From: an uncultured Spirochaetota bacterium
GTDB taxonomy: Bacteria > Spirochaetota > Spirochaetia > SZUA-6 > Fen-1364
Direction of reading: 5' to 3'
DNA length: 64,000 nucleotides
NCBI GenBank assembly: GCA_963734545.1
Contig: CAVTHO010000005.1
Coordinates: 288,001 to 352,000, forward strand
Below the pieces are notes generated by a model, which was not told the DNA's origin, ran no database searches, and saw only the letters and a program-made list of their open reading frames with translations. The position numbers and the translations under genes were made by a program. Within the stretch, counting starts at the first letter, position 1, and each line of letters begins with the position of its first letter. Positions 31,378 to 42,448 of this stretch are shown here, in pieces.

Positions 31378-32355
31378 TTAGAGGCCCAGGACGGTGTGAG
31401 GCCTGTAAGGCTCCTCTAGAGTCTTCAGTTGCTCGGCGGTCAGGTTGATGGAAAGGGCATCCACTGCCTGCTCGAGGTGGGGGAGCTTGCTTGCACCCAC
31501 GATCGGCGCCGTGATGTACGGCTTGGAGAGCATCCAGGCGAGCGCCACCTGGGGCATGGTCTTGCCGATTGCCTGCGACACCCCCTTCACGCGATCCACA
31601 ATCGTAAAGTCCTCCGGCTGGTAGTACAGGCGATGCGCGAACTCATCCGACTTGCTGCGGGTGGTGACGCCGCTTTTTTCCTGTGTCCGGTTGCCGGCCA
31701 GGAATCCACGCGCCAGCGGGCTCCAGGGAATGACTCCTATGCCCTGGTCGACGCACAGGGGTATCATCTCCCGCTCTTCTTCCCGGTAGACAAGGTTGTA
31801 GTGATTCTGCATGGACACGAACCGGGTCCAGCCGTGCGCCTCTGCGAGCAGGAGGGCCTTCATGAACTGCCACGCATACATGCTCGATGCCCCGATGTAG
31901 CGGGCCTTGCCGGCGCGCACGACATCGTTCAGCGCCTGCAGCGTCTCTTCGAGAGGGGTGTCGGCGTCCCAGCGATGAATCTGGTAGAGGTCCACATACT
32001 CCACCCCGAGCCTCCGGAGAGAAGCATCGATGGCGTCCATGATGTGCTTCCGCGAAAGCCCGCGCGCATTGGGACCCGGTCCCATGGGATTGAACACCTT
32101 GGTGGCGATGATGACTTCGTCGCGTTTGGCGAAATCCTTCAATGCGCGGCCCGTGACCTCCTCGCTCATCCCCAGCGAGTATATGTCTGCGGTATCAAAG
32201 AAGTTTATGCCCAGCTCGATCGCGCGTTTGAAGAACGGCCGCGCATCCTGTTCGTCAAGGACCCAGTCGCGCCACTTGGACGCGCCGTACGTCATTGTGC
32301 CCAGACATATTCGTGAAACCTTAAGCCCTGTTCTGCCGAGCCGTACATACTCCAA
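31378..32355 (-). CDS. Aldo/keto reductase
   Basis: LGTMTYG, FDTADIY, DLYQIHRWD, WSPLARG. Confidence 0.95.
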   Translation of the reverse strand: MEYVRLGRTGLKVSRICLGTMTYGASKWRDWVLDEQDARPFFKRAIELGINFFDTADIYSLGMSEEVTGRALKDFAKRDEVIIATKVFNPMGPGPNARGLSRKHIMDAIDASLRRLGVEYVDLYQIHRWDADTPLEETLQALNDVVRAGKARYIGASSMYAWQFMKALLLAEAHGWTRFVSMQNHYNLVYREEEREMIPLCVDQGIGVIPWSPLARGFLAGNRTQEKSGVTTRSKSDEFAHRLYYQPEDFTIVDRVKGVSQAIGKTMPQVALAWMLSKPYITAPIVGASKLPHLEQAVDALSINLTAEQLKTLEEPYRPHTVLGL

Positions 32356-32436
32356 TTCGTGCCTCCTGGGACACTGCAAAGCTACAAAAATCAGGCGTGT
32401 CCGTCGATGCCCGAATCCGCCGGGTACGTCGGCGCC

Positions 32437-33435
32437 CTATTCCTTCTCGAAGGGGATCCCCAGCGCGGCAGGCGGGGTGACGTTCAGCGCGCGAAGCGCC
32501 CGGGCTGCCGCTCGCCGGGCCGGAGCGGGCAATCGGGCCAGTGAGCGCTCCACCCACTCGGCATTTCCGATATTGACCAGGAGGAGCGTCAGGATCATCA
32601 GGGGAAATGGCGCCACCTGCAGAACCTGCGACGGAATCCCCGGCAGGGCGGGCTGCAGGACCAGACCCAGCCACTGAAGGAGGGAGAAAAGGTAGGCGCC
32701 GAGAGCGACTCGAAAGGGGCTCCATCCACCGAAGATGGTGATCGCCAGAACGATCCAGCCGATGCCATCCAGCCCTGAAATGGTCCCCTTCCATCCCGCT
32801 TTCACCGACAAGGAGTAGATCGGGCCCGCCAGTCCCGCAATGCTTCCCCCCAGCACGGTATACAGGTAGCGAAGAAGGTTGACATTCGCTCCCCGCACGT
32901 ATGCCGCGGCCGGCCTTTCACCGATGCCGCGCAGCTTGAGACCCGGGCGCGTGCGGAAGATGAATATCCAGGCAACGAGTATCAGGAGAAAGCTGAGGTA
33001 GGTCATGACGTCGTGCCGGAAGAAAAGCGTTCCGACGAAAGGCAGGTCACGCAGCAGAGGCACGGGAATCGTGCTGAGGCGCGGGCCGGTTTCGCCCATG
33101 ATGGGATTGCCGAGGAAGTAGGAGAGATCCCGGCAGAGCAGGGTGAGCACGAACCCGACGGCCACCTGCGACTGTCGGAGGGTGATGCTCGCAAACGCCA
33201 CGACGAGCGCCACGAGACCGCCGATTGCCGCCCCGGCCAGGAAGCCGAGAACGACACTCCGCGTGGCGAGCGCCACGGCAAAGCCGCCCATCGCGCTCAA
33301 CAGTATCGTGCCGTTCATCGACAGGTTGATGATGCCGGCGCGCTCCGAGAAGGTCTCTCCGATGACGCCGAAAAGAAGGGGCGCTGCTGCTGTCAGGACT
33401 CCGGCAAGACCGACAAGAATGAGCTCGCCGTTCAT
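32437..33435 (-). CDS. Nucleoside ABC transporter permease
   Basis: ERAGIINL, PAALGIPF. Confidence 0.9.
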   Translation of the reverse strand: MNGELILVGLAGVLTAAAPLLFGVIGETFSERAGIINLSMNGTILLSAMGGFAVALATRSVVLGFLAGAAIGGLVALVVAFASITLRQSQVAVGFVLTLLCRDLSYFLGNPIMGETGPRLSTIPVPLLRDLPFVGTLFFRHDVMTYLSFLLILVAWIFIFRTRPGLKLRGIGERPAAAYVRGANVNLLRYLYTVLGGSIAGLAGPIYSLSVKAGWKGTISGLDGIGWIVLAITIFGGWSPFRVALGAYLFSLLQWLGLVLQPALPGIPSQVLQVAPFPLMILTLLLVNIGNAEWVERSLARLPAPARRAAARALRALNVTPPAALGIPFEKE

Positions 33436-33436
33436 C

Positions 33437-34480
33437 TCATTGCGCCTTTTTCAACAAGCGCTGCCGCGCTCCCTGCGCGAGCAACACGAACAGGACAAGG
33501 GTCCCCTGCAGGACGCCGGCCAGTGAGGAGTCCAGCTTGAGCACAATGGGAAGCTGGATGCTGCCGACATTCAGCGCGGCAAAGAACAGGGCGACAGGAG
33601 CGGCCAGCGATGCCCTGAAGTTGACCAGCATCGCCACCATGAGGCCGAGGTACCCGTAGCCGCTCGAGATCGAGGGAATCAGCCGGTGGTAGACCGACGT
33701 CACCTGCACCGCGCCGGCCAGCCCCGCGAACACGCCGCAGAGAGCGAAAGAAACCATCATGTACTGCCACGTGGGAACGCCGAGAAGAAATGCCGCGCGG
33801 GGGTTTTTTCCGACTGCTTTCAGCCGCAGGCCGAAGTATGTTCCCTGGATGAGGGAGTAGACAACGATGATGGAGAGAATCGCGACAAGAAGGGCGGACG
33901 GGCTCAGCCGGGACTGCGCCGTCAAGGTGGGCAGCCAGAGAGAATGGTCGAACGGCACGGTGCCTGACATGGACGCGACGCCGGGCCGCTTCCACGGCCC
34001 GAAGATCAACCACAGGTTCAAAGCCGTGGCCACGAAGTTCAGTCCCAGCCCTCCGAAGATCTCGTTCACGCCGCCGAATGTCTTCAGCGCTCCGGCAAGC
34101 ATCGCCCAGAGCGCTCCCCCCATGATCCCGGCAAGAAAGCTTGCCGCGATGATCACGGCCGGATTCATCCCGCTCGCCTGAAGAACGCGCAGCGCCCATG
34201 TCGCGAATATTGCCCCCACGGTGATCTGCCCTTCGATGCCGATGTTCCAGAGCCCGACGGTGAATGTGAGAAGCAGGCCGGCCGTGGCCAGGAGCAGGGG
34301 TACCCAGGAGACGAGCACATTCGCGATCACCTCCCAGGAACCCACGGCGCCGAGAACGATGTTCACGTAGGCGGCAAACGGCGGGGCCTTCGAGGCGAGC
34401 AGGACCAGGGTCGTGAGGAGGAGCGCCAGGAGGATGGCGCCGATCTGGATGAGGGCATGAGAGACGCGCGCTTCAGGCAC
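33437..34480 (-). CDS. Nucleoside ABC transporter permease
   Basis: WNIGIEGQ, GVNEI, AVGKNPRAA. Confidence 0.9.
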   Translation of the reverse strand: MPEARVSHALIQIGAILLALLLTTLVLLASKAPPFAAYVNIVLGAVGSWEVIANVLVSWVPLLLATAGLLLTFTVGLWNIGIEGQITVGAIFATWALRVLQASGMNPAVIIAASFLAGIMGGALWAMLAGALKTFGGVNEIFGGLGLNFVATALNLWLIFGPWKRPGVASMSGTVPFDHSLWLPTLTAQSRLSPSALLVAILSIIVVYSLIQGTYFGLRLKAVGKNPRAAFLLGVPTWQYMMVSFALCGVFAGLAGAVQVTSVYHRLIPSISSGYGYLGLMVAMLVNFRASLAAPVALFFAALNVGSIQLPIVLKLDSSLAGVLQGTLVLFVLLAQGARQRLLKKAQ

Positions 34481-35966
34481 CGGCCGCCTCTTTTCCGAGG
34501 TTTTCCCAGCCTTTTCCACCGATGAGCTCGCCGAGACTTTCCACGGACAGGCTCTCCGCCGGCAGGGGCGGGGAGACATGTCCGGCAAAGAATACGATCA
34601 CCCGATCGCTGTACTGCAGGACCTCGTCGAGATCGGCGGAGATGAAGAGGATCGCGGCACCCTGCGCGCAGCGTTCCCTGAGCTTGCCCCAGATGTAGAT
34701 CGTGGATTCGATGTCCAGGCCGCGGGTCGGGTGCTCCAGAAGTATGAGGGAAAGGGGATCGCGCAGCAGGGCAAGCAGCATGCGCTGCTGGTTGCCGCCG
34801 GAGAGGGATTCCACCGTGTGGGAGGGCGCGCCCTTGATGTTGAATGAGCGGATACGGTCCTCTGCCAGCTCCGCGGCCCTGCGCCGGTCTATGAAAAGGC
34901 CGCGAATGCCTTCGGACAGCATGAAGTGATCGCTCAAGCTCAGGCTGGGAACCAGCCCCTGCTCCAGACGGGCAGCCGGCAGGTAGGCCACGCCCTGTCT
35001 CTTGAAATAGTGGTGTGACCGGCCGGTCGCTTCGCGCCCGGCAAGGGAAATGCACCCGGACACGGGACGGCTCAAGCCGGCGCACGCGGACAAGAGGATC
35101 GATTGACCTGAACCTTCCATGCCCGCCAGACCGATGATTTCTCCGCTGCGGGCCTGGAGCGTCACATCCTTGATCTGCAGGCGCGCCCCTTCGAGGGACA
35201 ACCCGGTCACAGAAAGAACGGCGGCGCCCGGCGCGGTCGAGGGCCGCGCCGAAAACGCGATCTCCCTGCCGAACATCATCTGCACGAGCCTTTTCGTCAC
35301 GTAGGGGGGTTCGGAAATGCCGGTCAACGAGCCCTGGCGCAGCACGGCAACCCGGCTGCAGAGGAACTCGATGTCCTCCAGCTTGTGGGAAACGAAGATG
35401 ATCGTCATTCCCTGCGACGCGAGCTTTTTCAGCGTCGCAAAGAGCTTCTCCTTCTGCGGCTGGCTGATGCCGGTCGTCGGCTCATCCAGGATCAGGACAC
35501 GGGCCCCGCACCAGAGCAGCCGGAGGATCTCGAGCTGTTGACGCTCGCCCACGGTCAGCGTGTCGACGTAGGCGTCGGGGGAAAGTCCGAACTCGAACTG
35601 GGCCGCCAGATCGAGAAACTGGCGCGCCGCCGTCCGCCGATCCGGGAACAGCCCCCCCTTGCGGCCGAGGATGAAATTGTCCAGCAGCTTCATCGGAGGA
35701 AAGTCCAGCGGATCCTGATGCAGCATTCCGATGCCCAGGCTGATCGCGTCCGCCGGTGAATGAATCACGACAGGTGCGCCATCGAGAGCGATAGTGCCGC
35801 TGTCGGGAAGGATGAAACCGGAAAGAACCTTCATGAGAGTGCTCTTACCGGCCCCGTTTTCACCCAGGATTCCCTGGATCGTGGCCGGGGGGATGGTCAT
35901 GGTTATACCCGCATTGGCATGAACCGGGCCGAAGGACTTGTGGATACTTCGCAGCTCGACTTGCAT
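34473..35966 (-). CDS. Nucleoside ABC transporter ATPase (tandem domains)
   Basis: GENGAGKST, LDEPT, LSGGNQQ. Confidence 0.93.
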   Translation of the reverse strand: MQVELRSIHKSFGPVHANAGITMTIPPATIQGILGENGAGKSTLMKVLSGFILPDSGTIALDGAPVVIHSPADAISLGIGMLHQDPLDFPPMKLLDNFILGRKGGLFPDRRTAARQFLDLAAQFEFGLSPDAYVDTLTVGERQQLEILRLLWCGARVLILDEPTTGISQPQKEKLFATLKKLASQGMTIIFVSHKLEDIEFLCSRVAVLRQGSLTGISEPPYVTKRLVQMMFGREIAFSARPSTAPGAAVLSVTGLSLEGARLQIKDVTLQARSGEIIGLAGMEGSGQSILLSACAGLSRPVSGCISLAGREATGRSHHYFKRQGVAYLPAARLEQGLVPSLSLSDHFMLSEGIRGLFIDRRRAAELAEDRIRSFNIKGAPSHTVESLSGGNQQRMLLALLRDPLSLILLEHPTRGLDIESTIYIWGKLRERCAQGAAILFISADLDEVLQYSDRVIVFFAGHVSPPLPAESLSVESLGELIGGKGWENLGKEAAGA

Positions 35967-35982
35967 GATGGGTTCTATAACG

Positions 35983-36010
35983 GAGGGGCGAGACCGAAGC
36001 CTCGCCCCTC
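35983..36010. other. Intercistronic stem-loop after the binding-protein gene
   Basis: GAGGGGCGAG-N8-CTCGCCCCTC perfect 10-bp stem. Confidence 0.6.
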
Positions 36011-36032
36011 AAAGTTGATACGGAGTCTGAAA

Positions 36033-37235
36033 CTACTTGGAGACGCTCTGTCCCACCATGCCCTCGAGGAGCTGGGGCAGGTACCAGATCTGCTGATCCG
36101 TTGCCGTCTGGCCGTTTTTCAGGTACGCGGTGCCGTCCTGCAGGTTCAGCGGGCCCTTCCAGAGGTTCAGGCCCCTGGCGAGCTCGGCGGTGAACTTGTC
36201 CACCGCGGCCGCGGCCGGCCGGGACAACGCGGCGCCCTTGTTGAAACCGACGGCCGACGTGTCGGCGCTGTTGATGTTCGACCAATCCGGGCCGTTCCAT
36301 TCAAAGTGGGAGCGATAGGTGCCTGTCATGGCAGCCTTGACGGTCTTGGCATACGCGGGGCCCCAGTTGAAGTAGGGCACGCCCAGGGCCACGCCGGGGC
36401 CTTCGTCGATTGCGTTGGCGTAGTCGTACGGAATCGCCCATACCTTCTTGCCCTGCCCGGCAAGCTTGACGGCCTCGGTTGTGGCTTCGGTTGTGTCGAT
36501 ACCGGAGACCACCACGTCGTAGCCGCTATTGAAGAAGTCATCCGCGACCTGCGACGGGTCGGACGTCACGCCGGGAATGTTGAACCAGAACCCGATCCAG
36601 GTGACTTTGAAGCTCAGCTTCGACGCGTCTTTCTTCAGGTAGTTCACCCAGGCGTAGCGCGCTCCCAGGTACACCGAGGAAGCGAGGCGCCGGGTCTCCG
36701 CATTGATGAGCGGCCCCAGGTAGCCGATCTTGCCGGTCTGGGTCGTCATGGCGGCGGCCACGCCCGCGATCATCTTGGTAAACTCCATCCTCCCCATGAT
36801 ATTGACCATGTTGGGAAGGGCCTGGTAGTCCTTGCCGTCCTTCCACACCTGGCTGCCCGAGCTCATGATGACGAATATGTCCCCGTGAGCCTGGGCGAAC
36901 TTCACCGCTTCGTCGCTCATGTCGTCAGAGCTGAAGATGACGAGCTTCGCGCCTTTGGCCACGAGGCTCTCGGCAAGCTGTGAAGCGGTCGTGCCCGGGC
37001 GGTCCGCGGGATTGACCTTGTCCAGGTAGATCATCTGCGTACCGGGGACCTTGGCCACGACGTACTGGATCCCGTCATAGTGGGCCTGACTCCAGCCGTG
37101 GTCATTGTAGGGACCGACGAGCAGGAGGCCGATGGTGAGGCTGCTGCCCGCAGCCGGTGGCGCGCTTTGCCCGTAGGCTGTCGCGGCAACGGCAATGGCT
37201 GCCAACAGCAGGAAGAGCCTGCAAAACTTACGCAT
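36033..37235 (-). CDS. BMP family nucleoside-binding protein
   Basis: GPYNDHGWSQAH, TGKIGY, FNWGP. Confidence 0.92.
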   Translation of the reverse strand: MRKFCRLFLLLAAIAVAATAYGQSAPPAAGSSLTIGLLLVGPYNDHGWSQAHYDGIQYVVAKVPGTQMIYLDKVNPADRPGTTASQLAESLVAKGAKLVIFSSDDMSDEAVKFAQAHGDIFVIMSSGSQVWKDGKDYQALPNMVNIMGRMEFTKMIAGVAAAMTTQTGKIGYLGPLINAETRRLASSVYLGARYAWVNYLKKDASKLSFKVTWIGFWFNIPGVTSDPSQVADDFFNSGYDVVVSGIDTTEATTEAVKLAGQGKKVWAIPYDYANAIDEGPGVALGVPYFNWGPAYAKTVKAAMTGTYRSHFEWNGPDWSNINSADTSAVGFNKGAALSRPAAAAVDKFTAELARGLNLWKGPLNLQDGTAYLKNGQTATDQQIWYLPQLLEGMVGQSVSK

Positions 37236-37353
37236 TTTCCTTCTCCTTTGCCGGGTCGTGCTCTCTATGAAGCACGGCATATGTATGGGATCGAACGAGA
37301 GTATACAATACGGGTACAGGCCCCCGCAAGCTCGCTGCCGGGACAGGAACCTC

Positions 37354-38628
37354 CTAGGGACGGACCCTCTTCCTGTCACGCGGGAAGAGCGTGGCCTCCT
37401 TGACGCTTGCCAGGCCCAGGATCTTCTGCGTCAGCCGCTCCATTCCGATGGCAAAGCCCCCATGCGGCGGACAACCGTACTTGAATATGGAGAGGTAGTC
37501 GGAGAGTCCGACCGGATCCAGCCCGAACGCTTTTGCGCTTTCCACGAGCATCTCGTATTGGTTGATCCGCATGCCCCCGGACGTGACCTCCAGGCCGCGA
37601 AAGAGCAGGTCGAATGCGCGGGTCTTGTTGTTCTCCGCCGGGTATGTATAGAAAGGCCGGGACTTGCGCGGATAGGCGTACACAAAGGCCGCCTCGATTC
37701 CTTTTTCTTTCAGGGCCCATTCGCAGAGAGAGCGTTCGGCCTCTGGCGTTATCTCATAGACCTTTTTTCCCATCTCCCGGGAGACGATCTCACGAGCCTC
37801 GTCATGGGAGACACGCGGGATTGCGGCGCACAGCGCGGGATCCGGAACCGCGGCATGCCATGCATCCAGGTCCCGCTGGTTTGATTCCCTGATGCCGCGG
37901 AAAATGGCGGCAAGGATCCTGGTTTCAAGGTCCATGAGCTCCTGCTCGCTCTCGATGAAAGCCATTTCCACGTCCAGGGAAACGAACTCGTTGATGTGCC
38001 GCGGTGTGTCGTGCTTTTCCGCCCTGTAGGCAGGACCGATTTCGAATACGCGCTCCATGCCCGAAGCGATCATGACCTGCTTGTACAGCTGCGGCGACTG
38101 CGTCAGGTAGACCTTCGTATCGAAGTATTCCACTGAAAACAGGCCCGTGCCCCCTTCGGTACCCGTTCCTATCAGCTTGGAGGTCTTTATCTCGCTGAAC
38201 CCCTCGCTGCGCAGGTGCGCGGCGAAGCAGCGCAGCAGGGTCGACTGGATCCGGAAGATCGAAAGGATGGCCGGGTTGCGCACCGAGATCATCCTGTTGT
38301 CCAGAATGGCCTCGAGGTTCGTCTTGCCGGGGTCCTGGTTCACGGGAAAGGGAAGGTCGGCGGCGGCAGCGGAGATGACCTCCAGTGTCCTCACCCGAAC
38401 CTCGAAGCCACCGGGGGCTTTCTCATTGGCCGCGGCGCTGCCCTCGACACGGATGACCGACTCGAGGGTCACTTCGGGCCGGGCGTCGAACACCAGTTGT
38501 GCGCTCCCGCTTCGATCACGCAGCAGCACGAACGATACCCCGCCCAGGTCCCTGATCCTGTGCACCCACCCGTACAGGGTGACTTCCGCGCCGACCTTTG
38601 AGGCGAGCTCAGAGACAAGCGTCCGCAT
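37354..38628 (-). CDS. aspS: Non-discriminating aspartyl-tRNA synthetase (short archaeal/Deinococcus-Thermus type)
   Basis: LTQSPQLYKQ, RAEKHDTPRH, PPHGGFAIGMER, FPRD; no GAD insert; follows gatCAB. Confidence 0.9.
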   Translation of the reverse strand: MRTLVSELASKVGAEVTLYGWVHRIRDLGGVSFVLLRDRSGSAQLVFDARPEVTLESVIRVEGSAAANEKAPGGFEVRVRTLEVISAAAADLPFPVNQDPGKTNLEAILDNRMISVRNPAILSIFRIQSTLLRCFAAHLRSEGFSEIKTSKLIGTGTEGGTGLFSVEYFDTKVYLTQSPQLYKQVMIASGMERVFEIGPAYRAEKHDTPRHINEFVSLDVEMAFIESEQELMDLETRILAAIFRGIRESNQRDLDAWHAAVPDPALCAAIPRVSHDEAREIVSREMGKKVYEITPEAERSLCEWALKEKGIEAAFVYAYPRKSRPFYTYPAENNKTRAFDLLFRGLEVTSGGMRINQYEMLVESAKAFGLDPVGLSDYLSIFKYGCPPHGGFAIGMERLTQKILGLASVKEATLFPRDRKRVRP

Positions 38629-41022
38629 TGCCCACCTCCATTCCTGCAAGCAGCTCTTCCTCGGTCTCGGAAAATGCAGAGCACATCACGAGCCGGGTCC
38701 AGGCGGACTCGGTCGTGAGCGAGCCCATCGGGATTGCCCCCTCGCGCCACAACTCGTGGGAGGTCACATAGCGGGAGAAATCGACGATTCCTTCCTGCTG
38801 GGACGTGCAGAAAAAGTGAACCCCCTTCTCCCGGGCGGCGAGGAGCGCCTTGCGCAGCGAATAGGGGGAATCGCGAAGATTGGCGGTCCCTGTGTCATAG
38901 AGCTCCAGCACGAAGTTCTTCACTCCCCGGTCCATGAGCTCGATGAGATGGTCGCCCCGCATTCCCGGGTAGACGCGCAGCATCAACGTGGAGTTGATGG
39001 CCGTCTCGAAACGGGCCTTCAGCTTCTCCCTGTCACCGGAGAGGGGCAGATCGTCGAACAGCGGTGTGCCGGCGTGGCAGGGCTTGGTCATGTTCCAATT
39101 CCTGAATCCGTCGGCCGCCATGCGCTCGAACTTGAGATTGACCGGGGAAAGAACCTTTCCGCCGAAAACCACGTACACGCCCGGCTCCCTCTCCGCGGCG
39201 GTGCGAATAGCCATGCGCAGCGTCGCAATGGCGTCGCTGCCCGGCTTCCCGCCGGCTGGAGGGAGGCGGCAAGAACGATCGGGACCAGCGGGCGGGGGAA
39301 GAGCCAGAACACGAGTGATGCGGTGTATGCCAGGGTGTCGGTTCCATGGGTCACTACGATTCCCGATGCCCTTCCCCCGCGGAGGCGCTCGTCGATTCCC
39401 GCGGCCAGGCGGGCCCAGTCTTCCGGCGTGATCTCCTCGCTCAGGATCCTTCCGACCTCTCCCTCCTCGAAAGCGATCGTGCGGCTGAATCCGCCCTCCG
39501 CCTCCACGAGGCGCATGATCTCGGAAGGATCGCCCGCCACCACGTCGCCCTGCTCGGTTTCCCTGGCCGCGATGGCGCCGCCGAGAGAGAGGATCTGGAT
39601 GACGGAAACAGCGAGTTTCTGCTTCACGAGCGCCTGGACAAGGGCCGGATCGGCCCTGCCGGAAGTCTCGCGCATCATCTCACCGATCAGGTACGTCGTG
39701 GGCCGATGATCGCCCGCCTTGATGGCGGCAACGGCCGCCGTGTTGGCCTGCAGGACCTTCTCGAGGTATGCGCCCAGCTCCGCCGGGTCAGTGATCTGCT
39801 CCCAGCCTTTTTCCTTGATGATCGTGCGAGGGTCCTTGTTCTCCGCAAAGACCATCTCCAGAACGGACTTGGCAATCTTTCCGTGTATGCGCTTTGCCGC
39901 GAGGAGAGAGAGCAGCTCGGCGAACCTGCCCGGCGTCAGCGGGCTCGCCGCCAGCGTCACGGAAGCGCGATTGAGATGCTTCTTCACGTCGGAGGCCAGC
40001 CAGAGAGCGGCGCTCTTCGCGTCCGCGCCGAGACGCACGGTTTCCTCGAAATAGTCGGCTGTGGACTTCTCGTCGCAAAGGAAGTCCGCCTGCTCTTCGC
40101 TCAGGCCGAAGGAATCGATGAACCTGCGCGTGCGGGCCTCGGGAAGCTCCACCAGGGATTCCTCGACGTGACGGAGGAACTCCTGGTCCGGCGCAAAGGG
40201 AGGCAGGTCAGGCTCGGGAAAATAGCGGTAGTCCGAAGAGCTCTCCTTGGTGCGCATGCTCTCGGTGACGTCCCGGTTCTCGTTCCACAGCCGCGTTTCG
40301 GTGGTCACGCTGCCGCCCCGTTCGAGGATCTCGGTCTGGCGTTCGATCTCGTACGAGATGGCCTTGCGCACGAATTTGAACGAGTTGAGGTTCTTGACCT
40401 CGACCTTGCTCCCCAGGCCGCGGCCCTCGAGGTTCACGGAGACATTGGCGTCACAGCGCAGCGAGCCTTCCTCCATGTTTCCGTCGCACACCCCCAGGTA
40501 CCGCACCAGCCGGCGCAGGTGCTGAAGAAATACCTCTGCCTCTTCGCCGACCTCCAGGTCCGGCTGCGTGACGATTTCAAGGAGCGGCGTGCCCGCCCTG
40601 TTGAAATCGAGCAGCGTGATCTCACCTGCGTGGATCATCTTCCCCGCGTCCTCCTCGAGATGGACCTCGCGGATGCGGACGCGCTTCTTCCGCTTGCGCA
40701 GCTCGATCTCCACCCAGCCGTCGGTGCCCAGAGGCGAGCGGAATTGCGAGATCTGGTAGTTCTTGGGAAGATCGGGATAGAAGTAGTTCTTTCGCTCGAA
40801 CATGGTGGACGCACTGAGCGTGCAGTTCAGCGCCCGCGCCACGAGATACCCCATGCCGATGGCGTTCGCGTTCAGCGCGGGGAGCACCCCGGGGTAGCCC
40901 AGGCAGACGGGGCACACATTGCTGTTGGGCTCGTCACCGAAAGCCGCCTTGCACCCGCAGAAGACCTTGGTGCGTGTCAGAAGCTGCGTATGGACCTCGA
41001 GGCCGAGGAACGATGCGTACAC
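38609..41022 (-). CDS. gatB: GatB fused to a C-terminal asparaginase/GatD-like domain; frameshift near 39246
   Basis: GLEVHTQL, RKNYFYPDLPK, HLEEDAGK, DYRYFPEPD, then in frame SLGGAIA...HGTDT; second frame continues KPGSDA... Confidence 0.9.
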
Positions 41023-41024
41023 CG

Positions 41025-42408
41025 CTACCTCCAGTCCGCCGGGAACCCAGGCGCATCTGGCGAGGGGAACACTTTTTCGAGTTTGCGGCACGCGGCGAAC
41101 AGGCGGCCTTCGGCAAAGGCAGGCGCGAGGAACTGCATGCCGATGGGGAGCCCGTTTTCGAGGCCCGCGGGAAATGAAAGCGCGGGAAGCCCGGCAAGAT
41201 TCGCCGCGCAGGTGAATATGTCGGCGAGCTTCTGCGAGAACGGGTCGGCCTCGGCGCTCCCGCGCGTGAAGGGGGGCACCGGATAGACGGGCATCAACAC
41301 GAGGTCGACACCGGCGAATGCCTTCTCGAAGTCGCCCCTGATAGCGGTGCGGATCTTCTGGGCGCGCAGGTAGTATTCCTCCTGGAAGCCCGAACGCAGG
41401 ACATAGGTGCCGAGCAGAATGCGGAGCTTCACCTCGTCCCCGAAGCCCTCTGTCCGTGAAGCGATGCTCATGGCCTCGGGGTTGTCGGCGCGCGCCGTGC
41501 GGTGGCCGTACCGCACGCCGTCGAACCGCGCCAGGTTGGCGCTCGCCTCGGCCGTAGCGATGACGTAGTAGGAGGAAACCACGTGATCCAGAGTCGGGAA
41601 CGACACTTCTTCGAGGTCGTGCCCGAGGTCCCTGAGCATACCTCGGGTACGCGCAAAGGTCTTTTTCACGTCAGGGTGCAGGGGGACGTCGGCTACTTCA
41701 CGCGGCACACCGATACGCAGGCGGCCGGTCTTCTCTGCGGCCGGTTGCCACGGCAGGGAAGAATGATCCATGGGATCCTGTCCGCGCATGATCTCAAAGA
41801 CCGCCTCCGTCATGTCGACGGTCTTGGCCATCACGCCGATCACCTCGAGGGAGGACGCGTAGGCCACCAGACCGAACCGCGAGACAGATCCCCAGGTCGG
41901 TTTCAGCCCGTAGACGCCGCAGAAGGAGGCTGGCTGGCGTACCGATCCACCGGTATCGCTCCCGAGGCCGAATGCCACCATGCCGCCGGCAACCGCTGCC
42001 GCAGTGCCTCCACTGGACCCGCCGGGAACGCGCGTGGGGTCCCAGGGATTCCTTGTTTCCATCAAAGCCGAATTCTCGGTCGAGGAGCCCATGCCGAACT
42101 CGTCCAGGTTTGTCTTGCCCGCTACGACGGCACCTGCCTGCTGGAGCCGCCGTACCGCCGTGGCGGTGTAGGGGGAGACGAAATCTTTGAGCATGCGGGA
42201 AGCCGCACGTGAGGCGGAAGGAGCGGACGGCAATGTTGTCCTTTACGGCGAATGGAACGCCCGCGAGGGGTCCATTCGGCGACGTTTCGACCGCGCCGAG
42301 CGCGGGGTCGATCTGAAGAAAACAGCCGAGGTCTCTCTGGCGGGCGTTGGCAAAGGCCATCCACCTTTCCCGGGGCCCTTCGGATGTCGCTGTGCCATGC
42401 CAGTCCAT
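41025..42408 (-). CDS. gatA: Amidotransferase subunit A; frameshift near 42201
   Basis: AVKDNI, GKTNLDEFGMG, PGGSSGG, GSDTGGSVRQPA. Confidence 0.92.
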
Positions 42409-42448
42409 TGCACCTCCGCCCGTCTGAAGGGCGATTTCTCGAGTTTTC

